Shown here piece by piece: positions 1-12,879 of a stretch of 64,000 bases of DNA (position 1 is the first letter of the stretch; each line of letters starts with the position of its first letter). This DNA is from Mobula hypostoma. Lineage: Eukaryota. The position numbers and the translations under genes are program-made. The notes beneath the pieces are model-generated. The model was given only the letters and a program-made list of their open reading frames with translations. It ran no database searches and was not told where the DNA came from. The stretch is taken from NCBI RefSeq assembly GCF_963921235.1, contig NC_086101.1, positions 1,860,001 through 1,924,000 of the forward strand, given 5' to 3'.

Positions 1-225
1 CCCAAGATGGAACTGACTAGATCTACAACCTTCTGCAGCTTCTTTCGGTCCTGTGCAGTAGCCCCTCCATACCAGACAGTGATGCAGTTTCTGAGTGTAT
101 TTGTTGACATGCCAAATCTCTTCAAATTCCTAATGAAGTATAGCCGCTGTCTTGCCTTCTTTATAACTACATCGATGTGTTGGGACCAGGTTAGATCCTC
201 AGAGATCCTGACACCCAGGAACTTC
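1..225 (-). mobile_element. Rex1/Babar-type LINE, degraded 3' ORF fragment
   Basis: Reverse strand resembles the Rex1-type RT C-terminal region (CITVWYGG...LQKVV); a related segment lies at 22720-23040. Confidence 0.55.
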
Positions 226-259
226 TGGAGGCAGAGCGGAGTAATGATGGTGCAAAATG

Positions 260-756
260 AAAACATAGAAACATAGAAAATAGGTGCAGGAGTAGGCCAT
301 TCGGCCCTTCGAGCCTGCACCGCCATTCAATCTGATCATGGCTGATCATCCAACTCAGAACCCTGTATCTGCCTTCTCTCCATACCCCCTGATCTATCTA
401 ACTCCCTCTTAAATATAGCCAATGAACTGGCCTCAATTGTCTCCTGTGACAGAGAATTCCACAGATTCACCACTCTCTGTGTGAAGAAGTTTTTCCTCAT
501 CTTGGTCCTAAAAGGCTTCCCCTTTATCCTCAAACTGTGACCCCTCGTTCTGGACTTCCCCAACATGGGGAACAATCTTCCTGCATCTAGCCTGTCCAAT
601 CCCTTTAGGATTTTATACGTTTCAATAAGATCCCCCCTCAATCTTCTAAATTCCAATGAGTATAAGCCTAGTCGATCCAGTCTTTCATCATATGAAAGTC
701 CTGCCATCCCAGGAATCAATCTGGTGAACCTTCTTTGTCCTCCCTCTATGGCAAGA
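260..756 (-). mobile_element. CR1 LINE, 5'-truncated 3' end
   Basis: ORF 336-719 (LGLYSLEFRRLRGDLIETYKILKG...FFTQRVVNLWNSL) is nearly identical to the ORF2 C-terminus at 6560-6900; (GAAACATA)n tail at 260-277. Confidence 0.92.
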
Positions 757-1550
757 CTCCTTTACTTGCATCTTCGGAAACAGCTCTATTTCCATCTTTA
801 ATATCTTTATTTTTCCCTTTCAGGGTTCCTTTGAAGACCCTGACCTGGAGTCACACACTGACCAGTTCTTAGCGGGAATGGGACCCGCCCTCAGGGTTTC
901 TCAACTTGGCCGTTGTTCGGTACACCAAGGGCTTGGCCTAAGAGTCAGGCTCGGATTTGAAAGCCTAGGGCTCTGGAGACAGGCAGATCGAGGGGCAGTG
1001 TCACGGCAGGAGACCTGTGTGTCATCGGTGGGGGGGGGGTTGGAAAATCTACTGCTGTGGGCCCAAAGACCCAAGATCTTTGTGATCTTCAGGTACAGAG
1101 CTCAAAAAAAGCGACGTAATGGACTTTTAACATCATAAACCAGCGAGTTGTTTGTTATGTCTCTCTGTTCGCTGGGAAAACGGAGACACCTCCTTCTCCT
1201 TTATTAGGGGGAGAGAGAGAGAGCCTGTGGTATGTCGAATACTGGGTGAAATGCAAATTCTTTGGGGTAACAGCAAGTCTGTGTCTTTGCTGTTGCTTTG
1301 CTCACGCTTGAGTGCTTGGTGGTGGGTGCTGATGCTTTTTGTCAGTGGGGGAAGGGGGATTGTTGCTCGCTGCCACTTACGTGCGAGGGAGGGAGCTGTG
1401 GGGGGGGCTTTAGGGTTCTAACATTTAACTGTCGTTCATTCTTGGGGCACTCTGTTTTTGTGAATGTTTGCGAAGAAAAAGCATTTCAGGAAGTATATTG
1501 TATACATTTCTCTGACATTAAATTGTACCTTTGAACCTTTCAACTTGAAC
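756..1550 (+). repeat. Unclassified interspersed repeat ending in a Rex1-like tail (ATTAAA...CTTTGAACCTT)
   Basis: 756-980 matches 10935-11165 in reverse orientation; the 3' end resembles tails at 22660-22715, 31085-31165 and 32375-32455. Confidence 0.55.
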
Positions 1551-1559
1551 CTGCTCACT

Positions 1560-2081
1560 CTCTCCAGAGGAGGTTCATGGGGATGATTCTGGGAATGAAG
1601 GGGTTAGGATATGAGGAGCATTTGGTAGCTTTGGGCCTGTACTCACGAGAATTTAGAAGAATGTGTGGGGATCTCATTGAAACCTACTGTATATTGAAAA
1701 GACTAGATAGGATGGATGTTGAAAGGACATTTCCTATGGTGGGGGTATCCAGAACTAGAGGGCACAGCCTCAAAATTGAGGGGTGTCCCTTTAGAACAGA
1801 GGTAAGTAGGATTTTTTTTTAGGCAAAGATTAGTAAATCTGTGGAATGTTCTGCCACAGACTGCGGCGGAGGCAACGTCCATGAGTGTACTTAGGTGGAA
1901 GTTGATTGTTTCCTGATCGGTCAGGGCATCAAAGGATTTGGCAAGAAGGGACGTATGGAGCACATGATGTGTGGGATTGTGTGGGATTGAGTGGGATATG
2001 GAATCAGTCATGATGGAATGGTGGAGCAGACTCAATGGACTGAATGGCGAAATTCTGCTCCTATGTCTTATGGTCTTATGG
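1560..2081 (+). mobile_element. CR1 LINE 3' fragment, older
   Basis: ORF 1577-1822 LGLYSREFRRMCGDLIETY...TRGHSLKI; CR1 3' end CTCCTATGTCTTATGGTCTTATGG. Confidence 0.88.
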
Positions 2082-2625
2082 ACACACTGACTAATTGTAC
2101 ATACACATTGTGACCACCAGGGGTCAGACTAACCAATTGTATGTACACACAGTGACCACTAGGGGACACACTAACCAACTGTATGTAGACACTGTGACCA
2201 CTAGGGGTCACACTGACCAATTGCATATACACACTGTGACCACTAGAGGACACACTGACCAATTGTATATACACACTGTGACCACTAGGGGTCACACTGA
2301 CCAATTGTATATACACACTGTGACCACTAGAGGACACACTGACCAATTGTATATACACACTGTGACCACTAGGGGACACACTAACCAACTGTATGTAGAC
2401 ACTGTGACCACTAGGGGTCACACTGACCAATTGCATATACACACTGTGACCACTAGAGGACACACTGACCAATTGTATATACACACTGTGACCACTAGGG
2501 GTCACACTGACCAATTGTATATACACACTGTGACCACTAGGGGACACACTAACCAGTTGTATGTACACACTGTGACCACTAGGGGTCACACTGACCAATT
2601 GTATATACACACTGTGACCACTAGG
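2082..2625. repeat. 42-bp minisatellite, ~13 copies
   Basis: Unit CACACTGACCAATTGTATATACACACTGTGACCACTAGGGG(T/A); it explains the 14-aa repeating ORFs on both strands. Confidence 0.95.
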
Positions 2626-2784
2626 AAGTGTACTAAACAGTTACATATCTAAGTAGTTTTTAAACAAATACTAGCAGTAATTAATTGTTAAGCTACAAAG
2701 AAAATAACAAACACAAGTTAAGAACTAGATCACAGTGTATATCTGTGTCATAATTGATATTCATTCTAATTTAAATCACCACAG

Positions 2785-2865
2785 ATCAGCGGAACATTTT
2801 CCTGGTGTATCAAGTACTTGCAATTTTCATTTCCATCATACCAATCTACAGGGGGCAACGCACAC
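2785..2865 (+). CDS. Internal exon (81 nt, phase 1-1) of a multi-pass membrane protein, CD47 TM4-like
   Basis: CACAG acceptor, C|GTGAGT donor, in apparently unique DNA. Reads xQRNIFLVYQVLAIFISIIPIYRGQRT (hydrophobic helix) and joins in frame to 13791. Confidence 0.7.
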
Positions 2866-2974
2866 GTGAGTACCAATGGTAAACTGCAAGTGATATTGCC
2901 AGAGATATCAGTGCCTCAGAAGTTCAGACGACTGCTGATCCATAAAAACACAATCATTGTCAACCTGAGATTCG

Positions 2975-3340
2975 GCAGAAGCTGGGAATCCAGAGTAAAT
3001 CACACCAATTCAGCAGGAAATGAATAAACAGTCAACGTTTGGGGCCAAAACCCTTCATCAGGACGAGAAGGGAAGAAGCCGGATTAAGAAAGTGGGGAAG
3101 GGAAGGAGCACAAGTAGGCAAGTGATAGGTGAAGCCGTGGGGCGAGGTGGATGGTGTACGCTCAGAGGGACAGGTGGAAATGGTAAAGAGCTGAAGAAGT
3201 CTAACAGGAAGGGAGGAAAGGAGGAGAGGAGCCAGAGGCAAGTGATGGGTAGATGAGAAGTGAAGGGCTGAGGGAGATCCAGAATGGGAGCTGGGGAAAG
3301 AGGGAAGGACAGGAGGAAAGATAAATCAATGTTCATGTCA
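2975..3340 (-). mobile_element. Penelope-like element terminal fragment with a degenerate hammerhead ribozyme motif
   Basis: Minus strand 3064-3031 reads GTCCTGATGAAGGGTTTTGGCCCCAAACGTTGAC: CUGAUGA core, stem II, GAAA mutated to CAAA. Related to the inserts at 24488, 41304 and 46524. Confidence 0.6.
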
Positions 3341-3536
3341 AATCATTGAGTTAACGAGCTGCAAGGGTAAAAAGACCCTGATGGGAATTATACAGTGAAA
3401 TAGACCCGAAAACTGTCAGATCATAAGGTGTTGAATAGTTATGGAAAAGCAAGAGTAGAAAGACCATTCTGGGAGGGGATGCAATAGATGTTGGTATATT
3501 TGGATTTTCAGAAAGTGTCACACATTTTGGACACAT

Positions 3537-6500
3537 AGTGGGAGGGTGAGGAGCCAGAGGTCGTGGTACATATAGGTACCAATGACATAGGTAGGAAAAG
3601 GGATGAGGTCCTGAAAGGAGAATATAGGGAGCTAGGAAGGGAGTTGAGAAAAAGGACTGCAAAGGTAGTAATCTCAGGATTACTGCCTGTGCCACGCGAC
3701 AGTGAGAGTAGGAATGCGATGAGGTGGAGGATAAATGCGTGGCTGAGGGATTGGAGCAGGAGGCAGGGATTCAAGTTTTTGGATCATTGGGACCTCTTTT
3801 GGCGCAGGCGTGACCTGTACAAAAAGGACGGGTTACACTTGAATCCTAGGGGGACCAATATCCTGGCAGGGAGATTAGCGGGGGCTACTGAGGTGACTTT
3901 AAACTAGAATGGTTGGGGGGTGGGAATCAAGTTAAAGAGGCTAGGCGAGAGGAGGTTAGTTCACAACAGGGGGATGGGAACGAGTGCAGAGAGACAGAGG
4001 GGTGTAAAGTGAGGGTAGAAGCAAAAAGTACTAAGGAGAAAAGTAAAAGTGGCAGGCCGACAAATCCAGGGCAAGCATTAAAAAGGGCCACTTTTCAACA
4101 TAATTGTATAAGGGCTAAGAGAGTTGTAAAAGAGCGCCTGAAGGCTTTGTGTGTCAATGCAAGGAGCATTCGTAATAAGGTGGATGAATTGAAAGTGCAG
4201 ATTGTTATTAATGATTATGATGTAGTTGGGATCACAGAGACATGGCTCCAGGGTGACCAAGGATGGGAGCTCAACGTTCAGGGATATTCAATATTCAGGA
4301 GGGTTAGACATGAAGGAAGGGGAGGTGGGGTGGCGTTGCTGGTTAAAGAAGAGATTAACGCAATAGAAAGGAAGGACATAAGCCGGGAAGATGTGGAATC
4401 GATATGGGTAGAGCTGCGTAACACTAAGGGGCAGAAGACGCTGGTGGGAATTGTGTACAGGCCACCTAACAGTAGTAGTGAGGTCAGAGATGGTATTAAA
4501 CAGGAAATTAGAAATGTGTGCAATAAAGGAACAGCAGTTATAATGGGTGACTTCAATCTACATGCAGATTGGGTGAACCAAATTGGTAAAGGTGCTGAGG
4601 AAGAGGATTTCTTGGAATGTATGCGGGATGGTTTTTTGAACCAACATGTTGAGGAACCAACTGGAGAGCAGGCTATTCTGGACTGGGTTTTGAGCAATGA
4701 GGAAGGGTTAATTAGCAATCTTGTCATGAGAGGCCCCTTGGGTAAGAGTGACCATAATATGGTGGAATTCTTCATTAAGATGGAGAGTGACATAGTTAAT
4801 TCAGAAACAAAGGTTCTGAACTTAAAGAGGGGTAACTTTGAAGGTATGAGACGTGAATTAGCTAAGATAGACTGGTAAATGACACTTAAAGGATTGACGG
4901 TGGATATGCAATGGCAAGCATTTAAAGGTTGCATGGATGAACTACAACAATTGTTCATCCCAGTTTGGCAAAAGAATAAATCAAGGAAGGTAGTGCACCC
5001 GTGGCTGACAAGAGAAATTAGGGATAGTATCAATTCCAAAGAAGAAGCATACAAATTAGCCAGAGAAAGTGGCTCACCTGAGGACTGGGAGAAATTCAGA
5101 GTTCAGCAGAGGAGGACAAAGGGCTTAATTAGGAAGGGGAAAAAAGATTATGAGAGAAAACTGGCAGGGAACATAAAAACTGACTGTAAAAGCTTTTATA
5201 GATATGTAAAAAGGAAAAGACTGGTAAAGACAAATGTAGGTCCCCTACAGACAGAAACAGGTGAATTGATTATGGGGAGCAAGGACATGGCAGACCAATT
5301 CAATAATTACTTTGGTTCTGTCTTCACTAAGGAGGACATAAATAATCTTCCAGAAATAGTAGGGGACAGAGGGTCCAGTGAGATGGAGGAACTGAGCGAA
5401 ATACATGTTAGTAGGGAAGTGGTGTTGGGTAAATTGAAGGGATTGAAGGCAGATAAATTCCCAGGGCCAGATGGACTGCATCCTAGAGTGCTTAAGGAAG
5501 TAGCCCAAGAAATAGTGGATGCATTAGTGATAATTTTTCAAAACTCGTTAGATTCTGGACCAGTTCCTGAGGATTGGAGGGTGGTTAATGTAACCCCACT
5601 TTTTAAAAAAGGAGGGAGAGAGAAACCGGGGAATTATAGACCGGTTAGCCTAACATCGGTGGTGGGGAAACTGCTGGAGTCAGTTATCAAAGATGTGATA
5701 ACAGCACATTTGGAAAGCGGTGAAATGATCGGACAAAGTCAGCATGGATTTGTGAAAGGAAAATCATGTCTGACGCATCTCATAGAATTTTTTGAGGATG
5801 TAACTAGTAGAGTGGATAGGGGAGAACCAGTGGATGTGGTATATTTGGATTTTCAAAAGGCTTTTGACAAGGTCCCACACAGGAGATTAGTGTGCAAACT
5901 TAAAGCACACGGTATTGGGGGTAAGGTATTGATGTGGATGGAGAATTGGTTAGCAGACAGGAAGCAAAGAGTGGGAATAAACGGGACCTTTTCAGAATGG
6001 CAGGCGGTGACTAGTGGGGTACCGCAAGGCTCAGTGCTGGGACCCCAGTTGTTTACAATATATATTAATGACTTGGATGAGGGAATTAAATGCAGCATCT
6101 CCAAGTTTGCAGATGACACGAAGCTGGGCGGCAGTGTTAGCAGTGAGGAGGATGCTAAGAGGATGCAGAGTGACTTGGATAGGTTGGGTGAGTGGGCAAA
6201 TACATGGCAGATGCAATTTAATGTGGATAAATGTGAAGTTATCCACTTCGGTGGCAAAAATAGGAAAACAGATTATTATCTGAATGGTGGCCGATTAGGA
6301 AAAGGGGAGGTGCAACGAGACCTGGGTGTCATTATACACCAGTCATTGAAAGTGGGCATGCAGGTACAGCAGGCAGTGAAAAAGGCGAATGGTATGCTGG
6401 CATTTATAGCGAGCGGATTCGAGTACAGGAGCAGGGAGGTACTACTGCAGTTGTACAAGGCCTTGGTGAGACCACACCTGGAGTATTGTGTGCAGTTTTG

Positions 6501-7024
6501 GTCCCCTAATCTGAGGAAAGACATCCTTGCCATAGAGGGAGTACAAAGAAGGTTCACCAGATTGATTTCTGGGATGGCAGGACTTTCATATGATGAAAGA
6601 CTGGATGAACTGGGCTCGTACTCATTGGAATTTAGAAGATTGAGGGGGGATCTGATTGAAACGTATAAAATCCTAAAGGGATTGGACAGGCTAGATGCAG
6701 GAAGATTGTTCCCGATGTTGGGGAAGTCCAGAACAAGGGGTCACAGTTTGAGGATAAAGGGGAAGCCTTTTAGGACCGAGATTAGGAAAAACTTCTTCAC
6801 ACAGAGAGTGGTGAATCTCTGGAATTCTCTGCCACAGGAAACAGTTGAGGCCAGTTCATTGATTATATTTAAGAGTGAGTTAGATATGGCCCTTGTGGCT
6901 ACGGGGATCAGGGGGTATGGAGGGAAGGCTGGGGCGAAGAAAAAAGAATCAGCCATGATTGAATGGCAGAGCAGACTCAATGGGCCAGATGGCTTAATTC
7001 TGCTCCTATGTCTTATGGTCTTAT
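3537..7024 (+). mobile_element. Young CR1 LINE, truncated within ORF1; ORF2 (APE endonuclease + RT) broken by one TAA at 4876-4878
   Basis: ORF1 SGNH-esterase C-terminal half (VHIGTND...DGLHLN) at 3563-3907. APE motifs NARS, ITETWL, GDFN, SDH at 3913-4878. RT motifs [25 protein letters not shown] at 4879-7026, in the same frame. Confidence 0.97.
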
Positions 7025-7117
7025 AATTCCTTTGTCTAAATCACTGACAAACAAAGGTTACAGGGAGAAGGCTGGGGAGTGGAGCTGAGGAGGGAAAAAA
7101 CAAGGATCAGACACGAT

Positions 7118-9187
7118 AGAAGCATAGAAAACCTACAGCACAATACAGGCCCTTCGGCCCACGAAGTTCTGCTAAACGTGTCCCTACCTTAGAAATTACT
7201 AGGGTTACCCATAGCCCTCTATTTTTCTAAGCCCCATGTACCTATCCTCAAGTCTCTTAAAAGACCCTATCGTATCCAACTCCACCGCTGTTGCCGGCAG
7301 CCCATTCCACACACTCACCACTCTCTGCGTTAAAAAAAAACTTACCCCTGACATCTCATCTGTACCTTCTCCCCAGCACCTTAAACCTGTGCACTCTTGT
7401 GGCAACCATTTCAGCCCTGGGAAAAAGCCTCTGACTATCCACACGATCAATGCCTCTCATCATCTTATACACCTCTATCAGGTCACCTCTCATCCTCCAT
7501 CGCTCCGAGAAAAGGCCGAGTTCACTCAACCTATTCTAATCAGGCATGCTCCCCAATCCAGGCAACCTCCTTGTAAATCTCCTCTGCACCCTTTCTATGG
7601 TTTCCACATCTTTCCTGTAGTGAGGTGACCAGAACTGAGCACAGTACTCCAAGTGCGGTCTGACTAGGGTCCTATATTAGCTGCAACGTTACCTCTCGGC
7701 TCCTGAATTCAATTCCACGATTGATGAAGGCCAATACACCGTACGCCTTCTTAACTACAGAGTCAACCTGCGCAGCTGCTTTGAGTGTCCTATGGACTCG
7801 GACCCCAAGATCCCTCTGATCCTCCACACTGCCAAGAGTCCATTAATACCATATTCTGCCATCATATTTCACCTACCAAAATGAACTACTTCACATTTAT
7901 CTGGGTTGAACTCCATCTGCCACTTCTCAGCCCAGTTTTGCATACTATCAATGTACCGCTGTAACCTCTGACAGCCCTCCACACTATCCACAACACTCCC
8001 AACCTTTGTGTCATCAGCAAACTTACTAACCCATCCCTCCACGTCCTCATCCAGGTCATTTATAAATATCACAAAGAGTAGGGGTCCCAGAACAGATCCC
8101 TGAGGCACTCCACTGGTCACCGACCTCCATGCAGAATATGACCCGCCTACAACCACTCTTTGCCTTCTGTGGGCAAGCCAGTTCTGGATCCACAAAGCAA
8201 TGTCCCCTTGGATCCCATGCCTCCTTACTTTCTTAATAAGCCTTGCATGGGGTACCTTATCAAATGCCTTGCTGAAATCCGTATACACTACATCTACTGC
8301 TCTTCCTTCATCAGTGTGTTTAGTCACATCCTCAAAAAATTCAATCAGGCTCGTAAGGCACGACCTGCCTTTGACAAAGCCATGCTGACTATTCCTAATC
8401 ATATTATACCTCTCCAAATGTTCATAAATCCTGCCTCTCAGGATCTTCTCCATCAACTTACCAACCACTGAGGTAAGACTCACTGGTCTATAATTTCCTG
8501 GGCTATCTCTATTCCCTTTCTTGAATAAAGGAACAGCATCCACAACCCTCTAATCCTCCGGAACTTCTCCCGTCCCCATTGATGATGCAAAGGTCATTGC
8601 CAGAGGCTCAGCAATCTCCTCCCTCGCCTCCCACAGTAGCCTGGGGTACATCCCATCCGGTCCCGGTGACTTATCCAACTTGATGCTTTCCAAAACCTCC
8701 AGCACATCCTCTTTCTTAATATCGACATGCTCAAGCTTTTCAGTCTGCTGCAAGTCATCACTACGATCACCAAGATCCTTTCACATAGTGAATACTGAAG
8801 TAAGGTATTCATTAAGTACCTCTGCTATTTCCTCCGGTTCCATACACACTTTCCCACTGTCACACTTGATTGGTCCTATTCTTTCACGTCTTATCCTCTT
8901 GCTCTTCACATACTCATAGGATGCCTTGGGGTTTTCATTAATCCTGCCCGCCAAGGCCTTCTCATGACCCCTTCTGGCTCTCCTAATTTCCTTCTTAAGC
9001 TCCTTCCTATTAGCCTTATAATCTTCTAGATCTCTAACATTACCTAGCTCTCTGAACCTTTCGTAAGCTTTTCTTTTCTTAACTAGATTTATTACAGCCT
9101 TTGTACACCACGGTTCCTGTACCCTATCATAACTTCCCTGTCTCATTGGAATGTACCTATGCAGAACTCCACACAAATATCCCCTGA
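7118..9187 (-). mobile_element. CR1 LINE, 5'-truncated, degraded ORF2
   Basis: RT fragments 7869-8543 ([14 protein letters not shown]), 8550-8753 and 8781-9176; 3' tail near 7120. Confidence 0.93.
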
Positions 9188-9723
9188 TGCCCCTGTCATG
9201 TTAGCCATTTCATCTCTGGGAAAAAGCCTCTGACTATCCACATGATCAATGCCTCTCATCATCTTATACGCCTCTATCAGGTCACCTCTCATCCTCCGTT
9301 GCTCCAAGGAGAAAAGCCCAAATTCACTCAACCTGTTCTCATAAGGCATGCTCCCCAATCCAGGCAACATCCTTGTAAATCTCCTCAACACCCTTTCTGT
9401 GGCTTCCACATCCTTCCTGTAGTGAGGCGACCAGAATTGAGCACAGTACTACAAGTGGGGTCTGACCAGGGTCCTGTATAGCTGTAACATTAACTCTCAG
9501 CTCTTAAAATCAATCCCAGGATTGATGAAGGCCAATGCACCGTATGCCTTCTTAACCACAGAGTCAACCTGCATAGCAGCTTTGAGTGTCCTATGGACTC
9601 AGACCCCAAGATCCCTCTGATCCTCCACACTGCCAAGAGTCTTACCATTAATACTATATTCTGCCATCATATTTGACCTACCAAAATGAACCACCTCACA
9701 CTTATCTGGGTTGAACTCCATCA
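9188..9723 (-). mobile_element. Second CR1 ORF2 C-terminal fragment, same subfamily
   Basis: Closely matches 7395-7920 (GLFSLEQRRMRGDLIE). Confidence 0.88.
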
Positions 9724-9789
9724 AACTAGAGTAGACTCGATGGGCCAAAAACGCCTAATTCTGTTCTTGTATCTTACCGTCTTTCAGTA

Positions 9790-10875
9790 AGATAAAGACC
9801 CCCCAGCAGAAGATTGGAAGGTGTTGAGTCATTGTGGATAGAGTTAGGGAACTCTAAGGGTGAAAAGACCCTGGTGGGAGTTGTATACAGACCCCCAAAC
9901 AGTCAGATCGGAAGTATTGAATAGTTGTGTGTTGAGTTAAGAAACTGCAAGAGTAAATAAGAAATAAGGTGGATGATCTTGTTGCACTATTACAGATGGT
10001 CAGGTATGATGTTGTGGCCATCACTGAGTCCTGGCTGGAGGATGGTTGTAGTTGGGAGCTGAATGTCCAAGGTTACGCGTCAAATCAGAGGGGTTTCCGT
10101 GGCTCTGCTGGTAAATAATGACATCAAATCAGTAGAAAATTGTGACATTGGATCGGAAGATGTTGAATATTTGTGGGTTGAGTGAAGAAATTACAAGGGT
10201 AAAAGGACCCTGATGGTAGTTATGAACAGACCTCCCAGCAGTAGCTGTGAAATGGAATACAGATTAGAACAGGAAATAGGAAAGGTTTGTAAGATGGCAA
10301 TGTTAAGATGGTCATCGGAGATTTCAACATGCAGGTTTACTGGGAAAATCAGGTTGGTGATGGATCTCCATAGTGTGAGTTTTGTTGAATGTCTACAATA
10401 TATGGCTTTTTAGAGCAGTTTTTCAGTAAGACTGCTAAAGGATCGGCTATTCCGGATTGGGTGTTATGCAATGAACCAGAGGCGATTAGGGAGCTTAAGG
10501 TAAGAGAACTCTTAGGAGACGGTGATTACAATATGACTGAGTTCAACTTGAAGTTTGATAGGGCGAAAGTAAAGTCTGATATGGCAATATTTCAGTGGAG
10601 TAAAGGAAATTTCAGTGGTATGAGAGAGGAGTTGGCAAAACTGAAATGGAAGGAGATGCAGGGATGAGTGAAACAGCAATTCTGTGAGTTTCTGGGAAAA
10701 ATTAGGAAGGTGCAGGATAGATATATTCCAAAAACAAAGAAATACTCAAATGGCAAAATAGTACAACTGTGGCTGACAAGGGAAGACAAAAATATTGTAA
10801 AAGCAAAAGAGAGGGCATATAACAAAACAAAGTTTAGCGGGAAGACAGAGGATTGGGAAGCTTTTAAAAATACCA
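9790..10875 (+). mobile_element. CR1 endonuclease-region fragments, degraded
   Basis: Broken APE motifs (YDVVAITESWL, LWVEL, DWVLCNEP); homologous to 11990-12870 on the opposite strand. Confidence 0.85.
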
Positions 10876-11520
10876 GACAGAGTGATTAGTTATCTCCTCG
10901 TTGACAAAGGAGTAATTAGTAATTAGATCCACCCATCTCCAGAACCCTGAGATCCTAGGCTTCTAAATCTGAACCGGACTCTTAGGCTGAGCTTTGGCAT
11001 GCCGAACGACGGCCGATTTTGAGACCCTGAGAGCGGGTCCCATTCCCGCAAAGAACCGTAATCAGCGTGTAACTCCAGGTCAGGGTCTTCAAAAAAACCT
11101 TGAAGGGGAAAAAATAGAGATATTAAAGATAGAAATAGAGCTGTTTCCAAAGACGCAAGCAAAGGAGTTGCTGTTCGGTGCCATTGTCTCCTAAGCTTCA
11201 CCTCCTGCTTAGTAATTTCCTCTTTGACTGCAGAGTGATCAGTTATTTCCTCTTTGTCCAGAGGGTGACTAATTATTTCCTCTGACTAAAGAGGAAATAG
11301 TTATCTCTTCTTTGACTAAAGAGTTGTTAATTAATTCCTCGTTGACAAGGGAGTAATTAGTTATTTCCTCTTGGACTAGAGAGTGATGAGTTATTTCCTC
11401 TTGGACTAGAGAGTGATGAGTTATTTCCTCTTTCACTACAGACTAAATAATTATTTCCTGTTTGACTAGAGAGTGATCAGTTATTTCCTCTTTCTCTACA
11501 GAGTGATGAGTTATTTCCTG
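10876..11520. repeat. Degenerate ~30-bp tandem array, interrupted by a repeat insertion at ~10921-11195
   Basis: Unit AGTTATTTCCTCTTGGACTAGAGAGTGATG, clearest at 11359-11430. Confidence 0.8.
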
Positions 11521-12870
11521 TTTGACATTTGCAATTTTCCAGTCCTCTGGCACCATGCCAGAGTCCAATGATTTTTGAAAGATCATTTCTAATGCCGCCA
11601 CATCTCTAACGCTATATCTTTCAGAACCCTTAGGGTGCAGTTCATCTGGTCCGGGTGACTTGTGTACCATTAGGTCTTTCAGCTTTTTGAGCACCTTCTC
11701 CCTTGTAATAGTGACTTCACCCACTTCTCTTCCTTCACACACAACAGCATCAGGCACACTGCTAGTGTCTTCCACAGTGAAGATTGGCGCACAATACTCA
11801 TTTAGCTCATCAGCCATCTCCTTGTCCCCTGTTATTATTTCTCCTGACTCATTTTCTAGCTGTTCTCCAGTTCTTTTTTTTTTTGTTTTTTACATACTTG
11901 AAAAAACTTTTACTATCCACTTTGATATTATTTGCTAGCTTGCTTTATATTTCACCTCTTCCCTTCTAATTATTTTTAGTTGCTCTCTGTACGTTTTTTA
12001 AAAACTTCCCAATCCTCGATCTTCTCACTAATTTTTACTTTGATGTATGCTCTTTCTTTTGCTTTTACATTAGATTTGACTTCCCTTGTCAGCCACGGTT
12101 GTACTATTTTACCATTTGAGTATTTTTTCATTTTTGGAATACACATGTCCTGCACCTTCCTCATTTTTCCCAGAAATGCACACAATTGCTGCTCTGCTGA
12201 CATCCCTGCCAGCAGCTCCTTCCAGTTTACTTTGGCCACTGTAATTTCCCTTACTCCACTGAAATACTGTTACATCAGACTTTACTTTCTCCCTGTCAAA
12301 TTTCAAGTTGAACGCAATCATATTGTGATCACTGATTCCTAAGGGTTCTTTTACCTTAAGCTCCCTAATTGCCTCCGGTTCATTACATAACACCCAATCC
12401 AGAATAGCTGATCCCCTTGTAGGCTCAATGACAAACTGCTCTAAAAAGCCATCTCTTAGGCATTCAACAAACTCACTCTCTTGAGATCCATTACCAACCT
12501 GATTTTCCCAATCGACCTGCATGTTGAAATCTCCCATGACTACCATAACATTGCCCTTTTGACTCGTCTTTTCTATTTCCTGTTGTAACCTGTGGTCCAC
12601 CTCCCAGCCACTGTTGGGAGGCCTGTATATAACTGCCATCAGGGTCCTTTTACCCTTGCAGTTTCTTAACTCAACCCACAAGGATTCAACATCTTCCGAT
12701 CCTGTGTCACATCTTTCTACTGATTTGATGCCATTCTTTACCAGCAGAGCCACACCACCCCCTCTGTCTACCTTCCTATCCCTCCGATATAATGTGTAAC
12801 CTTGGACATTTAGCTCCCAACTACAACCATCCTTCAGCCACAATTCAGTGATGGTCACAACTTCATACCT
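11520..12870 (-). mobile_element. CR1 endonuclease-to-RT fragment
   Basis: ORF 12109-12858 (GGGVALLVK, GDFN, ISDHNM) and ORF 11443-11817 (KSPGPDELHP, VPEDWKIANV). Confidence 0.9.
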
Positions 12871-12879
12871 GGCACTTCG

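Noticed and set aside
2068..2652. 180/185-aa repeat ORFs on both strands
   Set aside because: A by-product of the stop-free 42-bp unit; no splice or homology support.
2818..3027. 69-aa ORF from the track as a gene
   Set aside because: It is in a different frame from the splice-defined exon and runs through the donor into repeat sequence.
4078..6980. Antisense ORFs over CR1 ORF2, and similar ones over other CR1 copies
   Set aside because: Shadow ORFs of LINE coding sequence with no independent evidence.
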